Shown: piece by piece, positions 28,019 to 38,372 of the stretch
Position numbering within the stretch: position 1 is the first letter of the stretch
How the letters are laid out: each line of letters begins with the position of its first letter
Virus record (IMG/VR): IMGVR_UViG_3300032303_002529
Location: 1-43,724 of that record
Length of the DNA: 43,724 bases
Reading direction: 5' to 3' (one strand)
From: a virus
Lineage: Duplodnaviria; Caudoviricetes
Notes under the pieces: model-generated
What the model was told of the DNA's origin: nothing
What the model saw: only the letters and a program-made list of their open reading frames with translations
Database searches by the model: none
Translations under genes and position numbers: made by a program

Positions 28019-29711
28019 CTATTAAAGGTTTAATTGGTTGGTTTATTCCATTTAATGTGTCATTTGAATTAATTCCCTCCGGCGTTAATCTAAAAATAAC
28101 ATCCTTATATGGATAATGTGAATTATTTAAATATGGATAATTTACTCCTCTCCCAAGTTCGTCAATATAACCATATGTATATAAATCTCTCCATCTAAAA
28201 GTATTATCCGCATTTGAATAAAAAGACCAAAATGGTACGAGGTCAACATTATTAACATCACCAGATTCAATATAATTTGAGAATACTCTTATCGTTATTG
28301 AATTATGTGGTCTATAATAATATCCGTCAGCATTTGTTGTTGGTGTTTGATTAATTTGAAAATTGTTTTGATTAAATTTTAATTTGTGATAATATGGTGA
28401 AATAACTCTTTCAACTTGTTCGTAATCGTTCCATTCACAAAAATCTCCATCTATTGTATCTCCAACGTTTAATTGATTATTGTAATAAAATGTTTTTGTA
28501 TTTCCCGAAATATCTGTTAATGAATATGATGATACCGTTATATTACTATTTGACCGTATGTTATTATCGCTCCACCATTGATTTGTTGTTTCAGTAACAT
28601 TAAACCCCCAACCTTGTTTTAATCCAACATTATTAAAGGGTTTATTAAAATATCCTGAATAACCTTTATTTATAATCGTTAAAAAAAGTTCAGTTAGCGG
28701 TCTTTTTTGATTGTCGGATAATCCACTAATATTAATATCTCTTTTTGTTGTTATTGTGTAAGCGTTTGAGCTATCATTTTTACAAATTCTTGTTTTTAAA
28801 TTTGGTGTAATTGAGCTTAAATATATTTTACTATTTTCTTGGAATGCGTTTTTTTGAAATCCGGTTTTTGTAATAACTAAATCTTCAGGAACTGATAACA
28901 CTTTATGTTTTCTAACATAATATTTTGATGTTGATTCAGACAATAAATCGGGATAAATAACTCTTTTAAATGAACCTTTCCTTCCATTAAAAAATGTTGT
29001 TCCTGTATACCCAACATTATACACATTAAAAATGTATTCTTCACTACCCAATAATCCATTACCCAATGAATACACTTCAAAAAGATTTTTATTAGCATAA
29101 CTAATAGTTAATTGAACATTCTCACCAATACTTAATCCGTGAGGTGCAACACATTGAAATGATATTAAATTGTCACCATTTATTGATATATTATCAATTA
29201 TAAACGGTATTCCATCTTTTGCAATCCATTGTGATGTAATATTGTTAAGTTGGTAAAATAAAACTTCATTATAATTATTTTCAAATGGATATGTTATGTA
29301 AAATGACCAATTGTATGTGTATGCACTTACTGGTTCATAGGTAAAGTGTCCATCATTTACTTCAGGTCTAAAAAAATCAAATTCATAAAATTGTGGTGTT
29401 CCACTCCAAACATTATTCAATACAGATAATTCGGGATTATAATAAACTAAATTATTAACAAATGGAACGTAATTTGTTACCCCAATATACTTGTTATCAT
29501 ATATGTAAGTAATTTCAAAAGTTGGTCTGAATAGAGTTGAATTTTGTCTTTCGTCATCATAGACTTGTGCAAGATTGACGGTTCTTATTCTATCAAACTC
29601 ATTTAAATTTTTTGACTCATTGTCCAATGGCACAACAAGTTTTTGGTCAACTGATGGTGCTGATTTATATTTTAAATTACTTGGTATTATTCTATAATCA
29701 GATAGTTTCAA
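28005..29711 (-). CDS. putative structural protein
   Basis: 568 aa; contains a PHGLSIGENVQL beta-module seen in phage structural proteins. Confidence 0.6.
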   Translation of the reverse strand: MKLSDYRIIPSNLKYKSAPSVDQKLVVPLDNESKNLNEFDRIRTVNLAQVYDDERQNSTLFRPTFEITYIYDNKYIGVTNYVPFVNNLVYYNPELSVLNNVWSGTPQFYEFDFFRPEVNDGHFTYEPVSAYTYNWSFYITYPFENNYNEVLFYQLNNITSQWIAKDGIPFIIDNISINGDNLISFQCVAPHGLSIGENVQLTISYANKNLFEVYSLGNGLLGSEEYIFNVYNVGYTGTTFFNGRKGSFKRVIYPDLLSESTSKYYVRKHKVLSVPEDLVITKTGFQKNAFQENSKIYLSSITPNLKTRICKNDSSNAYTITTKRDINISGLSDNQKRPLTELFLTIINKGYSGYFNKPFNNVGLKQGWGFNVTETTNQWWSDNNIRSNSNITVSSYSLTDISGNTKTFYYNNQLNVGDTIDGDFCEWNDYEQVERVISPYYHKLKFNQNNFQINQTPTTNADGYYYRPHNSITIRVFSNYIESGDVNNVDLVPFWSFYSNADNTFRWRDLYTYGYIDELGRGVNYPYLNNSHYPYKDVIFRLTPEGINSNDTLNGINQPIKPLIDGCE

Positions 29712-32700
29712 CTCCTAAATATTTTTTCTTAAATTTATCAATTGCGTTTGCCCCTCTTACTAAACCGAAATAAAAATAAAATGGTGCGCCTACAGTATAA
29801 CTACCACTCTGATTTGTCATAGGTCCTGTTCTATCTCCTTCAAAAACATATCCCGTATTAGGTGGTGTTGCTGGTTTCACATTAAATATATATCCTTTAA
29901 AGAATTCCGGTATGTTTGTTTGTCCCATAAAATAATTAGAGACGGTGTTAATTCTATCTAAAGATTGATAATTAAATTTCTGTATATCTCCTTGATTTGT
30001 TGCCCATTCATTTTTTTCAGTACCAAATATTGTATTTGAATTTTCTATCTTCCACTTATACATTGGAACTATTTGACTCTTAACAGGAAGGTAGTCGTAT
30101 ATTCCAGGGTTGATTAAATCATTTCTTATAATTCTTCTTGGTGTTAAATAATCTCTTGTTTGTGTGTCCGATGAAAAGAAAATACCAAAAATATTATTAT
30201 TAACATAAAAAGAGTTATTACCTGTTGAACCTGTTGAATAACTATAAGAATCAAAACCAAACTCATCTACACCTATTTCGGAGTTTATTGAAATTGACTG
30301 AGTATAATCACCATCAAATCTTCCAGGTAATAGTGGTAGATATCCTCTTCTTGAAAAGAAACCATTAATTGATGCATCTCCTAACCCAAGAACTTTTTCC
30401 CAAAAATTAGCACTTACCTGTCTTGATATTATAAATAAATTTAAAATATCACTAACATCTTGATATGTTGTTTGTTCAAATTTGTCCATAACATAACCAA
30501 AATAATTTTCGGATAATATTAATTCACTTGCAAAATCATCTCTGGGTCCTAAATCCATAATAGTTGTTGGGTACAATAGTTGTACTTTATTTCTATGAGT
30601 AGGGTTTGGGGGCGTCATCCCAACAAAATTATCTGCCTGTGCGTTATATGGGCTTGACCTATAAAAAAAGTTATTTGTTGTTGGATGTAACATTGCAATA
30701 TCCTTACAATATTTGTTAAATGGTTTATTGTTTGAATCAAATAATCTTTTATTTTTTATCGGAAACGCAAATAACGTTCCGTTGACCCAGTTATTATTAA
30801 AAGAATGTCCAAAAACCCCTCTGCAAGCACCTAAATTAACTCTAAATCTAGTTTTCCATTCTCCTATTTGGGTAGTCATATCTCTTATTAAAGATAATAA
30901 TGGTGGGCTAACAAAAACGTAACACCCTCCCTTCACAGGTGCTTTATCATAACAACTATCACCAATAGGTTTTACACCAAAACTTTCACCATTACCTGAA
31001 TAACATCCTAAAGGAGCTAAATTAGCGCAGTTAAAGGTTGAAACTACAGATTGTTCAAATTGCGATTCAAAATCTTGGGGTCCGCTTAATCCACTACTAT
31101 ACCCTTGCGAAATATTAAGTGATTCATTATTTGCATTTCCCGCATCATCATATGAATAAACCGAAAATCCTTGATTTTGATTTAAGATAAAAATGTTATT
31201 ATTTTGTTTATCATCCCTATAACTTGAGCTTGGTAATCTATCGGTTCTCATTACAATTTTTTTAGTACCTGTCAAAAATTGTGTTGTTATACCTGACGAA
31301 TATACAGGTGAGAAATAAATAAATGATTGAGGTAAAATTCTATCAATAGATAATATTTGAAAACCACCAAAACCTGTTGGTATGTTGATTCTTTGCACCT
31401 CGGTTGGATTCATATAAAAATATGCACCCCCCTCAACATATTCATTATTATAATATCCTCTATGTTGTTTATTAATACCTGTCGATAATAAATCTAAATT
31501 ATGTGTTGGATTATTAGTACTATTATACGCAGCAGAATTCACAAGACCGCTATTATTACTTATTAACGAATAAGAACCTCCTCCAAACGCATTTGTTGAA
31601 TTATTTACTGAAACATATCCATTTGTAACACTTATCTTATTTGTATCTAAAGTGGTTGTTGTTGTATTATTAACCTGAAACACATTTAATTGTGTTGAGT
31701 CTAATGAAGAATAATTTGATATTAAATTCGTATTAAAACTTCTAAATGTTGATGATGTTGAATATAAAAATGAATCAAAAAATATTCCTCCTTGCGGTGT
31801 TACGGTCTGATTTGTAGTTATTAAATTATGTCTTGGTATCTTTAATTCAGGTTGTATTGGTATGTTTAATTTATAATTACCTGTTATTTTAATATTTCCA
31901 TAGTTTTGACCCATAAGTCTACTAATATCAACTTCCATTGTTTGTCTCGCCGAATGCGGGTCAACACCTCTAACCAAAAAAGTAACTAAAAAATCTTTCT
32001 GTTCCGGCATTGCAAATATCGGTCTTAAAGTATTATATTGACTAACATATTGAAATGTATTTATAGGCCCAATTAAAGGAATAAATGTTGTGTTGGTAAT
32101 TTCAGTAAAAAAGGTCATAAAATTATCAATATACCTATATCTTAAAGAATTGAAATTAGGAATTAAACTATTATTATATTGACCTGTTGGTACTGTAGGA
32201 TTTAAACTACAAAACTGACTATAAGTCATTGATGTTAAAACTTGAAAATATTCAATATCTGTAGGGAATTTTTGTATTATATTTTGGGTGTATTGCTGTG
32301 TTGTTACTCCCGACACGTTTACCACTAAAACTATCTCGTTATCAACGCCACCAAATTGTGTATCAAAAAAACTGATAGTGTCTCCCTCGTAATACCCTAC
32401 ACCTGCGTTATTTAAAATAACGGTTGTAATAAGTCCTGAGGATATCGTGATATCAAATGTTGCACCAGAACCGTTTGTGTTTGATACCCCACCAACATTA
32501 TTGTATGTATTATCAACTAATGTTCCTCCACCACCTTCATATGTAAATCCGGTTATTATGCCTTGAGTATTGGGTACTTCGGCATTAATTATCTCAGCCG
32601 TTTGGTCAACAACATAACTAACTGAAACGCCCGCAGATGGGTTTGTTGGGTTAGCGTATGTCAAATTAATTTGACTCAATGAGGTTGGAGTTCCTATAGC

Positions 32701-35139
32701 TGCGGTTGTTGTAAACTCATCTCCATTTGCATCAATATATGTAGTTTCACTATATCCTGTTAAGTTGTTGTCACCAGATTCTGCAGGATTATTAAAAGAT
32801 ATTAATTTACCTGTTGAGAATTGGTCTGCACAGCTACTATCAATCATCATAACCATTACGTTATCGTGATGAAATTTTTGTGGGCTAGGGTTTAAGTCCG
32901 GTCTTATTTTAACTTTAATTTGATTCCATCCACCTCCTTGTGAAGATAAACTATCAAAATATTTTCCCTTTGTGTTAAATAAATTTAATCTTTCCGCCAA
33001 AGTTAAATCTTGTGAATGTAAATTGGTTGCAACTCCATTACAAGTACCGAAAACCGTAGCAGGAGTTCTTTTCCAAAAATCACTCAAATTGTTTCCCGCC
33101 ATAAGTTCTTGTAATATAAAAACACCATCTTCACAAGTACTTGTAATAATATTACAAGAGGCACTATTACCATTTATAAATGGGTCATCATTACAATACT
33201 CTTGTTGATTATAATTTGAATATCCGACAGAATCTGCAACATTAACATTACAAGAAACAGGATTATTCGCGGCCGCGGTATTTGCTGCGGTTAAAGCCTC
33301 AGAATTTTCACCATCAATTGTTTCTTGTTTACAACTACACATTTCACACTCAGGGTATGTAATAATTGGTAGTGAAAAATTAACAAAAGGATTTTTTGGG
33401 AACTTATTCCATACATCACCGATTGATTTTGGTTTATTACATTTTGTACTCCATTTTATTAATTTTATAATTCTACAGAGACCATAAATAAGATATTGCA
33501 AGAAGAAATAAACAAAAACAAATATCGCTTTAATTACAGGAAACAAAATACATAGTACGTGTAGTGTTGGTATGAAAGATATTATTGTTATTGTATAGAT
33601 TGTTAAAATAAAATTAGTTATTGCAAATAAAAAATCAAAATTTTTAACTCCGTCGTTGGTTGGAAACTTGTAGTTTGTACTATCACAATTTGTGTCGGTA
33701 ATTTGTTTAATCCCTATGAACCTTCCGTTAGCCCACCCTTTATGATAAAGGTCAATTAAGTTAGAAACAGTATATACTTTATTATAATTAAACTCATAAA
33801 ACCTATCTTCGCAATCAATAGCAGTTTGTATTATTTTATTTCCAATTGTAGTACCTGTATCTCCATAATCATTCCAATCTAAACTAAATGCATATGATTT
33901 AACAAATTGAGAATAAGCAGCACCTGTTGATTTTCTTGGGTCGTTTGACGAACTATTTCCCCAACCATTTTCTCTTATATTAGGTACTAAATAATAACCT
34001 CTTTTGACAGGTTGAGCTAAATCATTTGGTTGTTTCCATTTTATTTTAAATCTATATTTTCCCTTTGTCGGTATGCCAACCTTTGGGTCGTTAGAGATGA
34101 TTCTTTCACCAAACTCATTTATTGAAATATAGTCAAGGTTCATTGGTAAATCAGCCATCCAAACTCCCTCCGTATCAATAACATCATTACCTCCATCAAA
34201 ATTATATTGTTCTAATATCGGTCTACCATAAGCATCCTGATAAATTGTTTGTCTTATTGCCAAAATTTCACCGGGACCTGCAACTAAATTACATAAATTA
34301 CCCATTTCAGTTGCCGGTTTACAAGCAACTCTAACAGGTTTATTTTCTATTGATGACACCATTGACCCCATAAAAACAGATGTTGGTTGTATATCAATAT
34401 TAGCCTCGTCTCTCAAATCAAAATCAACTCTATTAACAGCTATTTGACAAGTTGATGGGTCTCCCCATAATGGTGAAACATCTATAGATTTTGTTATTGA
34501 AACTATTTGTGGTAAAGAATTTAAATCTGTTGAGCTTTTAAATTGTCTTCCTGCAATCTGAGCTTCGGTCGCTCTTCCCATTCTTATTAAATCCTGTGGT
34601 GTTAATGAAAATTCTCCCATATCAGATAAATCCAAATCCATAAAAACGGTTTGAACTCCTAATGGAACTCCCATAATCATAAAGTCACCACTTTCATTTG
34701 TTTTTACAACATATTTGTAATATTTGTCATAAATCTCAATTGCAAGTCTATCTGTTAACGCATCTTTTCTTGATGGAAATGTACCTGTTGGTACGTGATT
34801 TGAATAAGATTGTTCATAAGGTAATAAATTATACCTATACCCATCTTCATTTCTATCTTGTGGATTTGTATATGGGTATATTGCCAATATTTCAGGATTT
34901 CCCTTATCTTCATTTGTAATTGGTATAAAAACCGATATTCTAGTGTTAGGTACACCATATCCACCGTTGGCAATTACTCTACCAACAACAACACCATACT
35001 GCGAACAACTTTGATTATATAAATCCTCTTGTTGAATTTTTAAAGATAAAATTTCAAGAGAATTAAAATTTTGTTCTAATTCAACATTTAATGTTTTATT
35101 GATACCAAGTTCAGTTCTAAGTCTAACGGAATTTCCCAT
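29698..35139 (-). CDS. very large baseplate/tail-associated protein with internal hydrophobic segment
   Basis: N-terminal carboxypeptidase-regulatory-like beta sandwich (VVGRV...TNESGDF), ~55-aa hydrophobic stretch, GSGATFDIT..GVGYYEGDTI motif; adjacent to baseplate genes. Confidence 0.65.
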   Translation of the reverse strand: MGNSVRLRTELGINKTLNVELEQNFNSLEILSLKIQQEDLYNQSCSQYGVVVGRVIANGGYGVPNTRISVFIPITNEDKGNPEILAIYPYTNPQDRNEDGYRYNLLPYEQSYSNHVPTGTFPSRKDALTDRLAIEIYDKYYKYVVKTNESGDFMIMGVPLGVQTVFMDLDLSDMGEFSLTPQDLIRMGRATEAQIAGRQFKSSTDLNSLPQIVSITKSIDVSPLWGDPSTCQIAVNRVDFDLRDEANIDIQPTSVFMGSMVSSIENKPVRVACKPATEMGNLCNLVAGPGEILAIRQTIYQDAYGRPILEQYNFDGGNDVIDTEGVWMADLPMNLDYISINEFGERIISNDPKVGIPTKGKYRFKIKWKQPNDLAQPVKRGYYLVPNIRENGWGNSSSNDPRKSTGAAYSQFVKSYAFSLDWNDYGDTGTTIGNKIIQTAIDCEDRFYEFNYNKVYTVSNLIDLYHKGWANGRFIGIKQITDTNCDSTNYKFPTNDGVKNFDFLFAITNFILTIYTITIISFIPTLHVLCILFPVIKAIFVFVYFFLQYLIYGLCRIIKLIKWSTKCNKPKSIGDVWNKFPKNPFVNFSLPIITYPECEMCSCKQETIDGENSEALTAANTAAANNPVSCNVNVADSVGYSNYNQQEYCNDDPFINGNSASCNIITSTCEDGVFILQELMAGNNLSDFWKRTPATVFGTCNGVATNLHSQDLTLAERLNLFNTKGKYFDSLSSQGGGWNQIKVKIRPDLNPSPQKFHHDNVMVMMIDSSCADQFSTGKLISFNNPAESGDNNLTGYSETTYIDANGDEFTTTAAIGTPTSLSQINLTYANPTNPSAGVSVSYVVDQTAEIINAEVPNTQGIITGFTYEGGGGTLVDNTYNNVGGVSNTNGSGATFDITISSGLITTVILNNAGVGYYEGDTISFFDTQFGGVDNEIVLVVNVSGVTTQQYTQNIIQKFPTDIEYFQVLTSMTYSQFCSLNPTVPTGQYNNSLIPNFNSLRYRYIDNFMTFFTEITNTTFIPLIGPINTFQYVSQYNTLRPIFAMPEQKDFLVTFLVRGVDPHSARQTMEVDISRLMGQNYGNIKITGNYKLNIPIQPELKIPRHNLITTNQTVTPQGGIFFDSFLYSTSSTFRSFNTNLISNYSSLDSTQLNVFQVNNTTTTTLDTNKISVTNGYVSVNNSTNAFGGGSYSLISNNSGLVNSAAYNSTNNPTHNLDLLSTGINKQHRGYYNNEYVEGGAYFYMNPTEVQRINIPTGFGGFQILSIDRILPQSFIYFSPVYSSGITTQFLTGTKKIVMRTDRLPSSSYRDDKQNNNIFILNQNQGFSVYSYDDAGNANNESLNISQGYSSGLSGPQDFESQFEQSVVSTFNCANLAPLGCYSGNGESFGVKPIGDSCYDKAPVKGGCYVFVSPPLLSLIRDMTTQIGEWKTRFRVNLGACRGVFGHSFNNNWVNGTLFAFPIKNKRLFDSNNKPFNKYCKDIAMLHPTTNNFFYRSSPYNAQADNFVGMTPPNPTHRNKVQLLYPTTIMDLGPRDDFASELILSENYFGYVMDKFEQTTYQDVSDILNLFIISRQVSANFWEKVLGLGDASINGFFSRRGYLPLLPGRFDGDYTQSISINSEIGVDEFGFDSYSYSTGSTGNNSFYVNNNIFGIFFSSDTQTRDYLTPRRIIRNDLINPGIYDYLPVKSQIVPMYKWKIENSNTIFGTEKNEWATNQGDIQKFNYQSLDRINTVSNYFMGQTNIPEFFKGYIFNVKPATPPNTGYVFEGDRTGPMTNQSGSYTVGAPFYFYFGLVRGANAIDKFKKKYLGVETI

Positions 35140-35152
35140 TTCTCCTTTTTGA

Positions 35153-35220
35153 ATAAATAGTTTAGCGTGACTTTTTACAAGTCACTCATCTTAAAAAATA
35201 ATCGCTTAATTCAATAAATA
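35153..35220 (-). promoter_or_regulatory. two TATTTAT motifs flanking a hairpin
   Basis: Motifs at 35153-35159 and 35214-35220; hairpin GTGACTT-N5-AAGTCAC at 35167-35185. Confidence 0.55.
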
Positions 35221-35226
35221 AATTGG

Positions 35227-37065
35227 TTATGAAAAAGAAACGGACTGGAAGTTTTTAACCGAAACTTTGATATCCTTATTTGGATATCTTATTTGATATA
35301 TCTGAGATGGTTCTGCGAATATTGTGTCGTCAACAGGTTGTATTTGTTTTGTTTCACTATCAAGATATGCCATAGATGTTTGAGATGAAGAATATTGTCC
35401 TCCAACATTATTAAAAACATCTATCCCTGTCACCGTAATAACCCCATTTTGACTTTGTATTATACTTTTTAATTCTGAAAGATATACATTTTGACCCATT
35501 TGTCTTGATAATGGATTGAAGTAATTTGAAACATTATTAATAATATCTGAAATTATTTGACCTGAATTTTGAGTTGCTTGTAACACAACAGAGACATTTA
35601 TTGATAAATCAATAACTTCCGCACTCATAACTGAAATATAATCATTCATCATTCTATAGTTAGATAAATAATTCGCAATATTTTGCATTAAAGTATTTGA
35701 AACGATACTTGTTAAACTACCTGAACTATCATATGATAATAACTTAATCTCAATTTTATTATTATTTTCTGTTATAGATACTTTAGCAGGAGCTCCGAAC
35801 TGTGCTGGCATATTTCTAAGCAACGCCTCATAATCTTGTATTGTTACGGCTCTTTTTTGTGCTGCGAAGTTAAAAGAAACAAAATTTCTAACTTCCTCAG
35901 TTGTTGGTGCGTTTGCACCTCCAATAGCCGCGGTTACGTTATTACAAATTAAAGAACCAATAACCGCAGTGTTAGTGGCTTCAGATGGGCCATTAACAAA
36001 GAAAGATACCGTACCAATTTGATTTATAACATTAACACCCATATTTGTTGATAATCCACCTCCTACTCTATATTGAATAAAAAGTGTTGAGTTTGGTGTA
36101 AGTGTTGAGCCTAAAGAAAAATTATTAAAATAATTCTGTAGATTAAGTGTTGAGCCAACAGATGTAAATTGATTTAATGCATCTTGAGCGGAGTTTGTTC
36201 CTCCTCCAAATATAACTCTTTTAAATCCTTCGGGTGTAAATTCAGATATAAATCTGTTATTTGTTTGAATGTATTTACCGACTTTAATTCCTGGATTGTC
36301 CGAAACCTTAGTTGGGTCTTCAACAAATATTCTGTCTTCCGCCAATGCATCAACTTCATACCATCTATTATCTGTCCCTAAGAATTCCGCGGCCGTAGGT
36401 ACGTTTGTATAATTTGTTCCACTTTTTAAAAGAACACTTGTTATTCCCAAAACATTTTTTTCAGGTAAAAATAATTCAAAAAATGGTCTAACATCACTTG
36501 CATTAATAACTCTTTTGAATACTTTTGTGATACCATTAACAACAAGTTCTCTTTTTGTTATTGTGTAATTTATCAGTACACCATTACCATTAAAATTTGG
36601 TTTCTTTAATCTATTAAGAGCCCCTTGAGCATTGTAGGGTGATGCAAAATCCACATCATATAATGTTTCAAAAACTTGTCCAGCACCAATAACTTGTGAA
36701 CCTCTAAGTAATGTTCCCAAATATCTTTCATCTTCTTTATCTCCATATGCAGGAACTGTTATTGAGAAATCAACTAACGAGATTGATGGTCTCATTCCAG
36801 GTATTTTCAACCCGTATGTTCTTGCGATATTATAAATTGAACTTTTTTGTTGAGCATATTGAAGAACTGTTTCTTGTATACTTCTATCAATATGGTAGTG
36901 TAGGTTATCCGCAACCGCGGCATTCAAATCTAAGAATACAGAAAATACCGATGCATCATTAAAATCCTGAATTAAATCAGGATAATATGTTCTAACATAA
37001 TTAAGGAGTTCTGTCCTAATTCCTTGATAGTCTCTGACCGTGTAAGATATTTTTCCGTTTGCCAT
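35227..37065 (-). CDS. baseplate wedge subunit (T4 gp6 / baseplate J-like)
   Basis: YTVRDY..IR..L, DFNDAS, IARTYG, YRVGGG and QKRAVTIQDY motifs. Confidence 0.85.
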   Translation of the reverse strand: MANGKISYTVRDYQGIRTELLNYVRTYYPDLIQDFNDASVFSVFLDLNAAVADNLHYHIDRSIQETVLQYAQQKSSIYNIARTYGLKIPGMRPSISLVDFSITVPAYGDKEDERYLGTLLRGSQVIGAGQVFETLYDVDFASPYNAQGALNRLKKPNFNGNGVLINYTITKRELVVNGITKVFKRVINASDVRPFFELFLPEKNVLGITSVLLKSGTNYTNVPTAAEFLGTDNRWYEVDALAEDRIFVEDPTKVSDNPGIKVGKYIQTNNRFISEFTPEGFKRVIFGGGTNSAQDALNQFTSVGSTLNLQNYFNNFSLGSTLTPNSTLFIQYRVGGGLSTNMGVNVINQIGTVSFFVNGPSEATNTAVIGSLICNNVTAAIGGANAPTTEEVRNFVSFNFAAQKRAVTIQDYEALLRNMPAQFGAPAKVSITENNNKIEIKLLSYDSSGSLTSIVSNTLMQNIANYLSNYRMMNDYISVMSAEVIDLSINVSVVLQATQNSGQIISDIINNVSNYFNPLSRQMGQNVYLSELKSIIQSQNGVITVTGIDVFNNVGGQYSSSQTSMAYLDSETKQIQPVDDTIFAEPSQIYQIRYPNKDIKVSVKNFQSVSFS

Positions 37066-37070
37066 TATAA

Positions 37071-37541
37071 TTAAATATTGATAATTACAAAATCACTCTG
37101 AGCGAATGTACTACCATCCGTAGAGTAATCTATTCTTATTTTTGCAGTATAATCTGCGGTTCCTTTTCCGGGTACTCTGTAAATATATGGAACATCGTCT
37201 GTTGTTATTCTATTTTCAACACCAACAGGTGATTCATCTTCAACACTCGCAGGTTCTATTGTAATACTGTTGACCAATAAATTTGGCATAAAATTATTTA
37301 TCGCATCTCTTATATCTGATTCAATCGCCGAAAATGTTAATCCATCAAAAGGTTCAAATATGAATTCATATAATCTCGTTCCAAAAGTTGGTAAATAATA
37401 TCTTGAACCCCTTCTTGTTAATAAAAGATGGATTAAGTCCGCCCTAACTTCGTCTTTTTGATATTGCGTTAATTGTAGATAATCACCTCTTTTAGAATCT
37501 CTAAAAGGAAAATCAATTCCATATGTCCTTCCGTCTGCCAT
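37071..37541 (-). CDS. baseplate wedge subunit gp25-like (GPW/gp25 family)
   Basis: LLLTRRGSRYYLPTFGTRLYEFIFEP signature; TATTTAT 5 nt upstream (37547-37553). Confidence 0.9.
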   Translation of the reverse strand: MADGRTYGIDFPFRDSKRGDYLQLTQYQKDEVRADLIHLLLTRRGSRYYLPTFGTRLYEFIFEPFDGLTFSAIESDIRDAINNFMPNLLVNSITIEPASVEDESPVGVENRITTDDVPYIYRVPGKGTADYTAKIRIDYSTDGSTFAQSDFVIINI

Positions 37542-37561
37542 ATGTAATAAATATATCTACA

Positions 37562-37747
37562 TTATTTTTTTATTGTAGTGTTGCCTTTTTGTCCTTTCGG
37601 TTCATAAGGACAATGTCTACATCCATTTACAGAACCACAACAATATCCTCTATCCTTGTGATATTCTTCTGTAAATACAAATCTTGTTCCATCCATATAA
37701 TAATGAGAAGGGAGAAGTTTAGGGAGTTTCTTTTCGTTTTCTTTCAT
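37562..37747 (-). CDS. DUF5522-like small Cys-rich protein
   Basis: FTEEYH..RGYCCG...CRHCPY motif. Confidence 0.8.
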   Translation of the reverse strand: MKENEKKLPKLLPSHYYMDGTRFVFTEEYHKDRGYCCGSVNGCRHCPYEPKGQKGNTTIKK

Positions 37748-38300
37748 TTGTTATTTTTTCACACATATCTAAAAAGTAATCTTGGTTGAAATGATTTTTC
37801 ATTAAATTTATGTCCTTGTGAATCCATTGTATATTACCAACCACATATCCTTCATTTGAATCTATTCTGTCTATGGAAGCCGTTGCCTCATAATTATCTT
37901 TTTTAGAGTGTGAAAAATAGATTGGTAGTTTAGTGAGGTTACATTTGAATTCTTGGTTAAGCAAAGTTTGATTCATATATTCTATGGATATGTCAAACTT
38001 AATTCCCCTTTTAATCGCGTTTCGTTTTATTCTACCATAGTATTTTCCGCTTATGTTTCCAAATCCACCCCACGATGGGTTACTTTCCTTAGGTCTTGGG
38101 TTATTACATTCTAAACATCCTTTAGATTTTCCGTTCAATAATGTATAACAAGAGACATAATTTTCTTTACCACATTCACATAAACATAAAATTTGTGCTT
38201 CTCTTTTTAATTCTATATTTTCATTTAGAATTGTATATTTACCAAATTTCTGTCCCTTTATAAATTTTCCAAAATATTTTGAATTTCCTTTTTTTCCCAT
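37719..38300 (-). CDS. HNH-like endonuclease (free-standing homing endonuclease candidate)
   Basis: CLCECG...GCLEC, then ASIDRIDSNEGYVVGNIQWIHKDINLMK beta-beta-alpha motif. Confidence 0.75.
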   Translation of the reverse strand: MGKKGNSKYFGKFIKGQKFGKYTILNENIELKREAQILCLCECGKENYVSCYTLLNGKSKGCLECNNPRPKESNPSWGGFGNISGKYYGRIKRNAIKRGIKFDISIEYMNQTLLNQEFKCNLTKLPIYFSHSKKDNYEATASIDRIDSNEGYVVGNIQWIHKDINLMKNHFNQDYFLDMCEKITNERKRKETP

Positions 38301-38315
38301 ATATAATAAATATAC

Positions 38316-38349
38316 AAAAGGTGTGTGAAAATCAAATCACACACCTTTT
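38316..38349. terminator. intrinsic terminator-like hairpin after RNR (bidirectional form)
   Basis: AAAAGGTGTGTGA-N8-TCACACACCTTTT. Confidence 0.8.
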
Positions 38350-38372
38350 TATACTAACTTTTTTTATTTTTT

